Below the pieces are notes generated by a model. That model made no database searches. It was not told the origin of the DNA and was given only the letters and a program-made list of their open reading frames with translations. From Bigelowiella natans CCMP2755 (lineage: Eukaryota; Protista; Cercozoa), in assembly GCA_000320545.1 (NCBI GenBank), contig ADNK01002379.1:62001-126000 (forward strand): 64,000 bases of DNA, read 5' to 3'. Position numbers and translations under genes: made by a program. Shown in pieces: positions 42,773-54,090 of the stretch; the first letter of the stretch is position 1; each line of letters begins with the position of its first letter.

Positions 42773-44615
42773 TCCCCCCCCCCCTCCATCCCCCCACCCC
42801 CCATATTCCTTCTCCTTCTCTGTCTCTGGTCCTCAAAGGTCATCGGCAAGCTTGCACAGGTACGAGTATGGTGGCGCGATCGTGTCGCTTGGTGGGAGAG
42901 AGACTTCCTGGAGGAGCAGAAGAGACCGTACAAGCGCGTAAAGCGAGGTTAATCCTTCTTCACTCCCTTGATTCGCCAAGGCAGATAACGACTGAGCACA
43001 ATGGTTTTATAATACATTTATAGGTGGGTTTGGCTTCGGTGTAGGGTCTGCTAGGTCCTCGGGGTTTGGTGGAGGAAGTGGAGGTGGATTTGGTGGAGGA
43101 GGAGGAGGTGGATTTGGTGGAGGAAGTGGAGGTGGATTTGGCGGAGGAAGTGGAGGAGGAGGAGGTGCATTTGGCGGTGGAAGTGGAGGTGGATTTGGTG
43201 GAGGAGGAGGAGGAGGAGGAGGAGGCGGATTTGGCGGAGGAAGTGGAGGTAACTCAAACTTTGGTGGAGGAGCTGTTAGATCCTCGGGGTTTGGCGGAGG
43301 AGGTAACTCCAACTTTTAAGTGGTTTCGACCGAACATATATTGAATGAACATAATGTTTATGATACTACATATAACAGCTCCTTCCTACGCTCCTACGTC
43401 TCCTGCCTACGCTCCTATGTCTCTTTCATACGCTCCTACTTCTCCTTCATACACCCCTACTTCTCCTTCATACACCCCTACTTCTCCTTCATACACCCCT
43501 ACTTCTCCTTCATACACCCCTACTTCTCCTTCATACGGTCCCACGGCTCCTTCATACAGCGCCACGTCTCCTTCCTACAGCCCAACGTCTCCCTCTTACA
43601 CACCGCATTCATCGAGCAACAACAATAGCGTCGGTTCTGGGGACAACGTAATCAAGCTTTCCTCTTACACCGTAAAAAACGCAAACGCCTCCGTGCTGCT
43701 GATGCGAAATGCCCTCGAAAAGGGAGGACTTGCTGAGGCAATGGGCGCTTTTGACTGCGAGCGGAGGAAAGATGGTTTCAAGGCGAGTGCCGCGCCCAGC
43801 TTCTACTTCGCCTGTGCTTCCTTCCTCTTCGAGCAGGCGCGCGGAGTGGGGGTGAAAAGCGGTGTGGCAATGGATGAGGAGAAAGAGGAGGTTAAGAAGG
43901 GTGGTGCGAACCGGAGGCGAGCAACTCCACCGAATGGCTCTGTCCCCGCCCCCCTGCTCCAAAAGGCGGCGTTACAGGTAATTCTCTCTCCGTTAGAACT
44001 GGGACTAGAAGACCCCGTCCTGCTGCGTCTAGTGGCATACCGCCTCCAGATTGAGTCGGAACAAGCGAAGAACGGCAGCTGCAGCAGCAACACCTCGAAA
44101 AGCGACTGCTACGATAGCGGAGAAATGGCTACGGTCATAGCACAGGTGGCGTTAAGTCTTTTCGAGCGCATCAAAGTTCTGAGGCCAGAAGAGCCTCAGT
44201 CGTATCGAGACTTGGCGCTATGCTTGTCCGACAAGGCCTTGCGGATGGCCAATAAAGCTGCGGCTAATGAAGGCGACAAAGACAGCGACGGTGATAGCTG
44301 CGAGCGCAAAGAGGTGCGCCGCATCGTTGCGAGGGCTCTAAGTCTCTTCGCGCGTGTGGTTACGGGTAAATGGGATAAACGCTTCATAGAGATCGAAGTC
44401 ACAACGCTGATGGAGTTGAACGCCTTTGTTCATAGAATGCGCACGTTGCATCCCTGGATTGAGAAGGGGGTGCGAGGCGGCGGGCCCAACGGAGAGAGGA
44501 CGGCTAATATTTTTGCCTTGGATCAACGAACGGATATCCGCGAGAAAATCCCCAAGGAATTCCTTCGGAACTTGCCGTGTGATTTACGTGTCTCCCTTGG
44601 GTGCGAAAAGCGATT

Positions 44616-44648
<33 letters not shown>

Positions 44649-44894
44649 GCGCCTTGCATACTGGTATATACCGGCCTAGGAGAATAATCGAGAGTTCTTT
44701 CTCCCTCTCCCCCTCTCTTTTCCTCTTCATCATCATCATCGGCATCATCAGCAGCAGCATCATTATCCATTATTCACACGCGACCATTCAGTTCTGCTGT
44801 GTTCTAATTATTCGTCATGAAATGATTCTCCTCTCCCTTTGCTATCCTGTCTTCTCGCAAATGACACACGCACACACACACGCACCATTAGATG

Positions 44895-44929
<35 letters not shown>

Positions 44930-45551
44930 CACATATATGCTAATTTATAAATGATTTCAGCTGGGACACAGATATGACCGACATTGACCTGCATGTCATA
45001 GAGCCAAGCGGCGAAGAAGCTTATTATTCCAACAGGAGAACTCACATCGGCGGCCAAGTTTCAAGAGATTTTGTTTCAGGTGAAAAAGAGAGCAACAAAG
45101 AGCTGCTTTCTTAGAGTCTGAATATTTTTCGAATACACAAGACGACAATGATGATTGCAATGATGATTATGGTGACAATAACTGCGATGGTGATGATGAT
45201 GATGATGACGGCAGCATTGAGACAGGGTAGGCACACTCATATAACGGATATTTGGCAATCGTAAGCCATAATGTCCAATCGACGAAAATAATAATCCACG
45301 TTCACACCCTCTTTTCTATCTGCCTCCTTGGGAGGGATTCTATGTGCGAAGTTGACAGGGTTTAATATTTTCTTTTCCATTCCTCTTTTTTCAAAAGGAT
45401 ATGGGCCCGAGGAGTATATGATCAAGAGTGCGATTGGAGGAAAGTACCTGATAAAGGTTACTGCTGCCTGCATAGCTTGTTGTTATGTCTGCAATTTTGG
45501 AACCCTCCCCTCCCCTTCACCTCCCGAGAGTTTTCTGCTTGTGCTGCTGCT

Positions 45552-45588
<37 letters not shown>

Positions 45589-45974
45589 CTCGCTCTCTCT
45601 ACTTGTCCCCGCACCGTTTTCGACGATATTGTCTTTTACCTAAATCGAATCTTCTGATGTACTGAGTTGGGTGATTTGAATGTGGCTGCTGGGCGTTGTT
45701 ATCGTCGATCCATCATACATCTTCCTTACCGCCATCCAGCATACACATCGTTAAAAAACGTCCACGAAGTGATGAACTCATACATTTTAAGGCCAAGTAC
45801 TTCTCGTCCCATCGCCAGGATTTCTCTGGAGCAACAACAATTCTACTTCGGCTGACCACCAACTTTGGGCGTTCGAGCGAGAAGAGTCAGGCCATTGCGT
45901 TGCGTCTCGACACGAACAAAGAGATGGTCAAAGTTGGAGAAATCAAGATGCCGACCTTGCCGTGGCAGCAGTAG
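39645..45974 (+). CDS. VIT + vWA-like + TPR-like + DUF2135/YfaP-type protein with F-box-like, Gly/Phe-rich and YxPTSPS-heptad insertions
   Basis: VIT: [56 protein letters not shown]. vWA-like: [47 protein letters not shown]2135-like: DLRVSL|[33 protein letters not shown]|GYGPEEY. Stop at 45972-45974. Confidence 0.88.
43387..43617 (+). repeat. 21-bp coding tandem repeat encoding 11 CTD-like heptads
   Basis: [21 protein letters not shown] (YTPTSPS)x4 [28 protein letters not shown], in frame with ORF 43345-44619. Confidence 0.95.
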
Positions 45975-46638
45975 AAATGAAAGAGAGAAATCCACAAAAA
46001 TGGTGTAGCGATCGAGCGAGCCATCGCAGTGCCAACATGTTTAGATGTCATCGTCGCTAAGAAAGCTGATGCGACAACGTGTTCATCAAATGAATAGCTA
46101 GATGACTCATTGTGCCGCGCTGTCGGAGCTGTCTTCGCAAAATTTAGGCATACTGGATTGTAGCGCAACACTGAGCATGCTAGCATGCAAATGGCGCGCT
46201 CGCGTGTGGAGGTCATTGTGTGGTCGCACATCTCTACTTCTCGGCTGCATCTTAGGCATTCAAATGCGTGCAATGCAAGCAAATGCAGGCCTCGATTCGT
46301 AACAAGGCTGATCCCTTGCAGTGCGTTCAATCGCGTGCGCACCAAGCTAGCAAGAGATCAAAGAAAGCAAAAAAAACTTCCGAAAGCGTAGCAACACTGT
46401 GAGAGAACAACGCGAGATGATGATGGTGATGACTTAAATGTTGAAGGTTAGATTGGTGACACGTGCCTGTTTGGTTCGTCCCGCCACTAGCATCAAAGTA
46501 CTTTGGAGGATCTTCCTAATGGCTAATGGCATCTGTCACCGCAGACACTTCTATTTTCATTGAAGACCAACACTTGATTTCTACTCGTTAGGATCTGAAA
46601 AATGAACCAAAAACGACAGACATCAGGAAGGAGAGAGG

Positions 46639-46679
<41 letters not shown>

Positions 46680-46741
46680 ATTGGCTAGATTGGTAATCCC
46701 TGCGCAGTCGTGCTAGAATAAATACACATACATGCTGACGA

Positions 46742-47820
46742 TTAATTTTTGTTCTCACTTGTGAACTTGAACTTCGAAGTGCCAGCAAGGCTCATGATAG
46801 TGTCGAAAATACCGAACTGTCCTGCAGTCAAGGACCCAATCATGGCACACCGCGCCCCAAGACCAGTGACGCAGAGCTTCACAAATCCTGTCTCGTAGGC
46901 TAGACGTCCAAGACGGGTTATGAGGGTTCCTTCTCCAACGGCCCCCTCCTTGTTGATGAGGAAGAGCAGGGTGTCTGCGGGGTGAGAGATGATAGCAGAA
47001 GCCACACCTGCAATTGCACCAGAGGAAAGAGAAATTGCGAGCTTGGTTCTTTCAGAAGCAGTGTTGGTGTTGACTCCAGTTGCTGAAAAGGAGAAGGGTA
47101 AGAAGGATGACGTTCATAACGGAGGAGAGGATCGATGAATTCCCAAAGTTTAAAACTAGAGCCACTTCTAGTACTAAGACTAATACCTGCACAAATGTTC
47201 TCAACTGCAACACCCTGTACGGTAAACTTAGCCATGGTGTAAGGAATCTGCTTCAGGAGTATAGGGCCGAATCCAGAGTAGAAACCCTTAATAAGACCGT
47301 CTTCTGATAGGATCTTAGGCAATGCACTAATAACACCGCTGGCGTATTCAGGGTTGGAAACCAGACGGATACGGGTTGTCTCAAGCGGACAGAGGAAGAT
47401 GTCCGTAATAAATTCAGTACAAATAGCTGCTCCGAGGTAGATTGGAATGCGAAGCTCCCACGCCCTCGCCTCTCCGAGTTGCTGGGCGAAGTTGATCTTG
47501 AAGAACTCAACACCTCCAAATTTGAACCATCCCTGTAAGAAGTATCCAACGACCGTAGGACCAAGACCAATGGTTAGAGCACTAACTCCTTCTTCAGCGA
47601 TGACCTGACGGAATCCAGCGATCATGCTCTCTCTGTAATTGAGGGCAATCCTCGTCTTTACGACGTCTACAGGGTGTAAGGCTCCGTGTGTGATTGAGCA
47701 GCAGATACCTCCAGCAAAAGCACCTTGGAGAAAGTAGGTGAGGTCAAAAGAGCCCTGGCTCTTCTTTCCGTGAATGTTAGGCCTTGGGATCATCATTGAT
47801 GCAAGAAGGGGTGCGGTCAT
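46742..47820 (-). CDS. Mitochondrial phosphate carrier (SLC25A3/MIR1-like), one intron, possibly a diverging duplicate
   Basis: AGGICCSITHG..PVDVVKTR; GLGPTVVGYFLQGWFKFGGVEFFK; PLETTRIRLVS; GFYSGFGPILLKQIPYTMAKF; SAIISHPADTLL; three carrier repeats. Confidence 0.9.
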
Positions 47821-49168
47821 CGACGTATCTGGAAACACGGATGCAGGAGTAAGCAGATTTGCAATAATCCATGATCCAGGACATGTTTATAAGTCCGGCT
47901 TTAATGAGAACATTTACTCTTGCGACTACCGTGTTATCTCAAAAAAAGGGAAGAAATCCTGGAGGGAAAATATTTGTTCTACTGCCCACCATCATCGAAA
48001 AATGACACCTCTCGTTGTAACTTCGCATGGAAACCATGTTGGATGTCCACATTTCTCCGTACTTTCTCAATGATAAACGAGAACTACACCCCCCAAAAGA
48101 GTCACATGTTCTTTCGAAAGAGGCGTCACGGGTAAGGCGTGTTCTAGCTGTTTCTGTGTTGTGACCACTGATGAGGACAACCGCGGTGCGTCGTCCATTA
48201 TGCAAAATCGTGTCTCACTGCGTGCGCACCAAAGCGCAAGACTTCGGCGACAAGGAGGACTGGGACAGGGGAAAATTGTTGCTGAAAGTCTTCCAAATTG
48301 GGCATTGTTGGCGACAAGGTGCGAGACTTTGGCAACAAGCGACAAGGAAGATTTGGACAGAAAAGACAAAAATCGGCAGCAACACAGCGGTGGAATTTCC
48401 GATCAGCAAAGATCAAAAGCACTGATGGGAGATGGCTTCGCAGCCTTTTCATGAAAAAGTGTAGGGAGGAGATCGGTGAGAAGAGATCTTTCCAAAGCGC
48501 TTTGAAAAATGACATCAAGAGAGGAAACAGTGGCCAGACATTCAAATGAATGAATCTGGCATCAAGGAAAGCTGCCGACCAACACTGCAAGACTGGTCCA
48601 GTGGTCCTCGGTTTTTGTCAATCACGTCTGGACACAGCTAGGCAGGTTTCAACGCGCACTGTCTTGCACCCACGTGAAGTTCAACGTTCAACAATGTTCG
48701 TGAAAGTTGGCCACGTTGACCATCTGATCGACGAGATGCAGGAAGAGACGTGCAAGCATGCCAGCATGCAAAGGTTGCGCACCATGCCAGCGTGGTGATT
48801 GGTCAAAAAGGGCAAAACAAAGAAACAGCTCTGGCGTGCACACTTTCGGATCATCAGCTAGAAGGTTGTGCGAAGACTGATCTAGCTGATGTCCAGGATG
48901 GGGCAGTTGCATTGCGATGCATGCGATGCTAGATTGCTCACAGTGATCTCTGGATCTTTTTGCGCACACACCTTCTTTGCACATTGTCATCATTTGCCAA
49001 TCGCAGAATATTGATTGTGCATGCACCGGCTAGCCGGGCCGTCATAGCAAAGTCGTTGTGCACTAGTACATGCATTGATTGTGATTGTGTGTGCTGTGCC
49101 AAAGTTGATGTATGAAATCATGCAGGTCTTCAGGTTGGTGCACAGTGTGGAAAAAATAAGCACTGCAA

Positions 49169-50941
49169 TCATGTGATGCACCGCATTGAAGCAGGTGTGT
49201 TATGGGTGGGGATATGTCCCCACGACATGCTCTGAATTCTGCACTGCTTCACGCTGTGCAGCTCGTAGTTGCACATAGTGGCTCCTTTGTCACGTTGGAC
49301 AAGTTTGTAGTTTCTCCTCTTTGATCGGTGTGCGAGATGAAAATCCAGGAGCCCGAGCCCTCGATCCTGGTCGCCACTCCTGCAAGCAAGGGCTTCCTCC
49401 GATCGGTAAATCTGCAATAAACCTTTAAAATATGGACATCGTGTTCCGAAATAGAATGATTATCACAACGAATGAAGAAACTCAGAACAAGTATTCTGAC
49501 GTTGATTTTCATGCATATTTCATAGCAGATACATCGATGCAATCTTTCTGCAAACCTTGTATCCTTCCTCAATTTTGCGGTGTCAGACGAGAAGAACGCT
49601 CCTTTCATAGGCTTTAAATTGGACACGTCGTTACCGAGTTGCATAATAATATGTACCCACACAAATAAAAAATTGTTACCATAATCAAAGGCGGGACAAC
49701 TGCAAGACGTCTCAGAACGTGCGGAAAGAACGATCGATATCTCTCCGTGAACGGCTTCACACAGGCATCATCCACATTTTCCCTGTCCAGGACTGAAAAC
49801 CAGTCATCTGACCAAATAAGCATATCACCATTCGTGTTGTAGACGACTCATAGGGTAAGCAGCCACATAATATACATTACACCCATAATAACATGTATGT
49901 ATACTATTTATTTGTGTATGTCCATCATCGTTGTTTTTATCATCCTCCTCCTCCTCCTCCTCCTCATTATCCTCCGCCTCATCATCGTCATCCTTTGTAC
50001 TTATCATAATAAATACCAAGGCCAATCATATTTTTTAAGCCGTCTGCGTTCAAGAGTTTTCTCGCCCCTGAAAACACCAATGATATCATTATTCAAGTAT
50101 TTGTATGCAAGAAAGCTGCTCAATAGACTACGAAAGTTAAGAAATAAAATGGATGGTATTTTTCTTGGCTGAACTGAAGATTTTCGAGAAATAGCCTATT
50201 TTTCGCGTGTTAACATGCTCCTCAGATCCCTTTCGCCTTTTACCATTGAGGGTCAGGATGTAAGCCACTGTCCAGTAGCTGAAACCAGGAATGCAGAGAG
50301 ACTTGGAAAGTCTTTGTATATCAAAAGATACAGGATACCTGGACAGATATAGCAGATCCCACGTGCCGCTATTGCACGCCTCGTCGACTACTTCGCGTAC
50401 GGCTTGCTTGAACGCGGGCGGGTTTACTATCTCAAAATCGTCTTCTAGGATGACCGCATATGGAATATTGTGTTCGTGCATGTAGAGCCAAATAGAGTAA
50501 TGTGACATGAAGCAGCCAGCCTCTCCTGTGGTGAGGCCGATCGGGTGCATATTATGCCCTACATACCTGCACGTCGAAGGTATTCGTGGAAGGATGTTAG
50601 TTAATACGGGAAATACGGAGGCAAACAGACATTTGGAGGGCATGGTAGAGACCAGGAACAATGCGCCCAATTGAACGAAATTGATGAGATGGGTCTATTC
50701 GTATCACGGATGCTGTGCTATTTTGAAAAAGCAGGCTGCTCTTTCACGCGAGTAGTACCCAGGAAATACACCGGCGTCCTTATCGTGCAGACTTTTCTGC
50801 GTAACGATCCCGTCGCCATCGACTGCGTTCACAATATAGCTCTCGCCTGCAGTCAAACCGCACTCCAATATCTGACTGTAGTGGAACAAAGGGAACGTTA
50901 AACATAAGCCAGAAGGGACGGGAAAAGGAGGGTGGCGAAGA

Positions 50942-50992
<51 letters not shown>

Positions 50993-51898
50993 TTATATAT
51001 ATGATCAATAGTATCATAGATTGCCTCAAGCATTAACTTACCGAATGGCGTGGTCGCGCTTCGAAGGCCGCCGTTCAAGGCTAACGACAAATATATTTCT
51101 TAATGGATCATTTGCTGCTGCTGCTGGCGATGGCATGTCCTCTGCTTTTCGTCGACTGTCTCTGATTCTAATTAGATCTCCCTCTTTCTTTGGATCAGTT
51201 GATAAATGGGGGAATCTCTGAAGTCGTTGCTTTGCGCGCCGCTTCCACTCGTTCTGCCTTCTTTCGTCCGCGCCATCCCACTCGCGTCTATTGAAGGGGG
51301 AAATCAGTAGAAGGATGAGTGAAGTTTTTAAAGCCAGCGCGGCTGTAATTTTTGAGTGAGCAAGCGTGTTCGGCTACTATCATATTGTGCCCGTATAATG
51401 GGGGAGGACGGTGATCCTACCTGGCCAATATATCCTCCGGATTCTCTCCGAGGTACTGCATATCACGTTCCTTAAACGTCTGAGGCGGGGAAGGCAGTCT
51501 TTGCATGAGAAATATGAATATTATACACGAGGAAAATGTTCTTGAAATATTTCAACTCCCCTGGAAAAGAGGGTTTGATGCCAAGTAACCTCGTAAAGCC
51601 TCATCGTCTGGAGAAAGCTATCCTCTTCTGGAGTGATGCTCCCCGTGAGGCCGAGCGTTAGATGGCGTTGGCTTTGGCTTTGGAGTGGATGCTGGTTGGG
51701 ATCATGATCGTCGCCGCCATAATATTTGAATTCGTCTCTCCCTAGCAGTCCCCCTCTTTCTGAAACTATAGCCCGGTAGGCTTTTCCCTTGCAGATTACT
51801 GCAACGATCACCAGCAAAATCCATGAAAACAACAGCTTCCGGATATGAAGTCCCCAGCTCTTATACCTTTGAAGGGAGGTATAAACCCGTCTATCCAT
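49169..51898 (-). CDS. Glycosyltransferase family 25 (procollagen galactosyltransferase/LgtB-like), type II membrane protein
   Basis: N-terminal TM (LLFSWILLVIVAVIC); VNAVDG; LTTGEAGCFMSHYSIW; AVILEDD; WDLLYL; FSYWTVAYILTLNG. The 3' end is uncertain. Confidence 0.85.
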
Positions 51899-53889
51899 GT
51901 CTCAGAGGATCCATTCAGGCAGATGGCCCAGCCCTTCCTTGTTGGTCGGCCAGAACGCACAAGAACGCGGAAGGGGAGTGGCCGAGCGCAGCTGCCATGC
52001 TTCTACAGCGACATGGGAAGGCACGCTGGGCTAAGGTGTTTTCGCAACAATTCCTATTCCTGCGACAACAATTTCAATACTTCCCAATTTTGCCGAAAGT
52101 GTGAAAATGAGGACTGCTTCTTAAATGATCGCAATGCATAACCGTTGTCGCAGGAGTAAACGGGCCAACACAACTACCGGTAGACAAGAAGAAATTGTTT
52201 TGCAAGGCAAACTGCAGTTGACGAAGGAATTTGCTCAGGGGGAGGGGTGGGTCGTTGAGCACAGGGGATGCTCACAACCTTTCAGAAACGTGATCATGAA
52301 GAAATTTCCTCCCCCCCTCCTCCCAAGTCTCTCTTCATGATCACTTGAACGTTTCCTCGAATGAGCAATGATGTCACGTCCCTTCTCAACTGTGCGCTGA
52401 GGTGTGTCGATCAAACACCCACAGCGTTGGGGATCTAGTCACACACGGTCAAAACTTGCATGAAGTCTCAACCCCCCCCCACCTCCCTCACAATCATGTC
52501 ACATGAGTCCCTAGGTTCACAGTCGAACCCAAGAGCAGAATCACAAGGTTGCAATCTTGCAACCGGAACTGATGGGTGTGTCAAGTGCCTGCAGTCTTGC
52601 AAAATTGAATTTGACAACCTTCCTCCATCCCCCCCCCCTTCTCACTGTCCCACCTTGCCACGGGAGGTTCCTGCTCAACGCAGAACCTTGACACATCATC
52701 AGTCATGCATGCGAGCAGCGCACCTGTGACCGTTCTGAGCTGGTTGCAAAAGCGGTTTTTGAGCGCACTGGAAGACTGGAAGTCACCAGGAGCTCGTCAG
52801 AGTCCACCAGAGTTGGCCACAAAGGAAAGAAAGAAAAATTCTTGAAAAGCAATTGAAGGATGAAAGTGAAAAAGAAGTTGAGGAGGCAAAAGAAAAAGTC
52901 AACAAGGTTGAAGAAACCCCAAAGGTTGCAAAAGCCCTTCCAGCCTTGCAATGCACGGAATGCAACGTGAGAATGGTTGGGGGAAGAAAAGGTTGCAACA
53001 AGTTGTTGTGAAATGATGGACACAGCAATGCACAATGTGCATTGCACACATGGTGCATTGCACGTCCATCATTGAAGTCCAGGAAGTGCAGAGCGTGATG
53101 CGAAGCAAAGAAGACACGAGAAAGCCGTGCGGACACAGGCAAAACTTGTCACGGGCTCACTTTTCATGGTGAGAACAGAAGAGGTTTGGGTGAAGTTGAA
53201 GTTCCTGAGGGCTGCAGCACGTTCCCTGCTGTCGTCGAGAACGCATTTGCAGGTGGCAGACCATGCTAGCATGCATGCTGAAAGCAAAAGGCGGTCTTTT
53301 GGAGGAGAAATTTCCTCGGAAATCTTTGGTGCTCGTCATGAACCAGCAGCTACGAGCTGAAATCGCAAGCTCGGAGCTGCCGACGCACCAGCTTTCATCA
53401 CAGAGCGAGCATTTGAAGACTTGCTGAGTTCTGCCCAGCCCAACTCCACAATAGACATAGTAATAGCATATATAATATATGCATGATATTACGTTAATGT
53501 CTATATGTGATGTTACGTGTCTATAATCTCCCGTTTGCACAGACAAAACATGCAGGAGTGGCTACAAGATCGCGAGTGTCCATGCTGGCTGGCATGCAGG
53601 GTTGTTGGGCAGAGGTGTGGGGCGCTGTGTCGTCCCAAGCTAGCAAGTGCCACAAGAGGCAAGTGTGACAATGCAGCAATCATGAGTGAGAGCAGCACGC
53701 AGCGTTTGGCATGTTTTCAATTTGAGATGCTCAAATTGTGCGCCTGCTGGCCAAGTGCGCGCGCGCAGACTCGCCAAAGCAGGGCTCACATGCGTGCAGC
53801 ACCAGCCAGTGTTAGCATCACGCATGCATGTGCACACATCGCACACATGGCCAAGACACGCGAGGCATTAACTGCAAGGACGAAATCAA

Positions 53890-54090
53890 TCTTGATCGAC
53901 ATCGTCGACGACATCGCTGTTGATCGCTCAAAGTTGACATCGTCGACGAGGTAGCATTTTGTCGACGATCAATCGCTTGACGTCGATTTTGTCGACGAAA
54001 TGGCCATTTCGTCGACGATGTTGACCTGAAAAGCAAAAAAGCTATTTCATCGATGTCGTAGTGCTATTAGACGGCGACATCGACGTGAAG
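53890..54090. repeat. GTCGAC/TCGA-rich palindromic cluster (MITE-like) containing a perfect 26-bp palindrome
   Basis: GTCGACGAAATGGCCATTTCGTCGAC at 53991-54016 is its own reverse complement; several more GTCGACG copies lie nearby. Confidence 0.7.

Noticed and set aside
43007-43312. Proline-rich (formin/extensin-like) minus-strand ORF
   Set aside because: Antisense shadow of the Gly-rich plus-strand exon, which has phase-compatible splice sites.
43345-44619. RPB1 (RNA polymerase II largest subunit) call from the heptads
   Set aside because: No polymerase motifs (e.g. NADFDGD) occur nearby; the heptads are internal and continue in frame into TPR-like/DUF2135 sequence.
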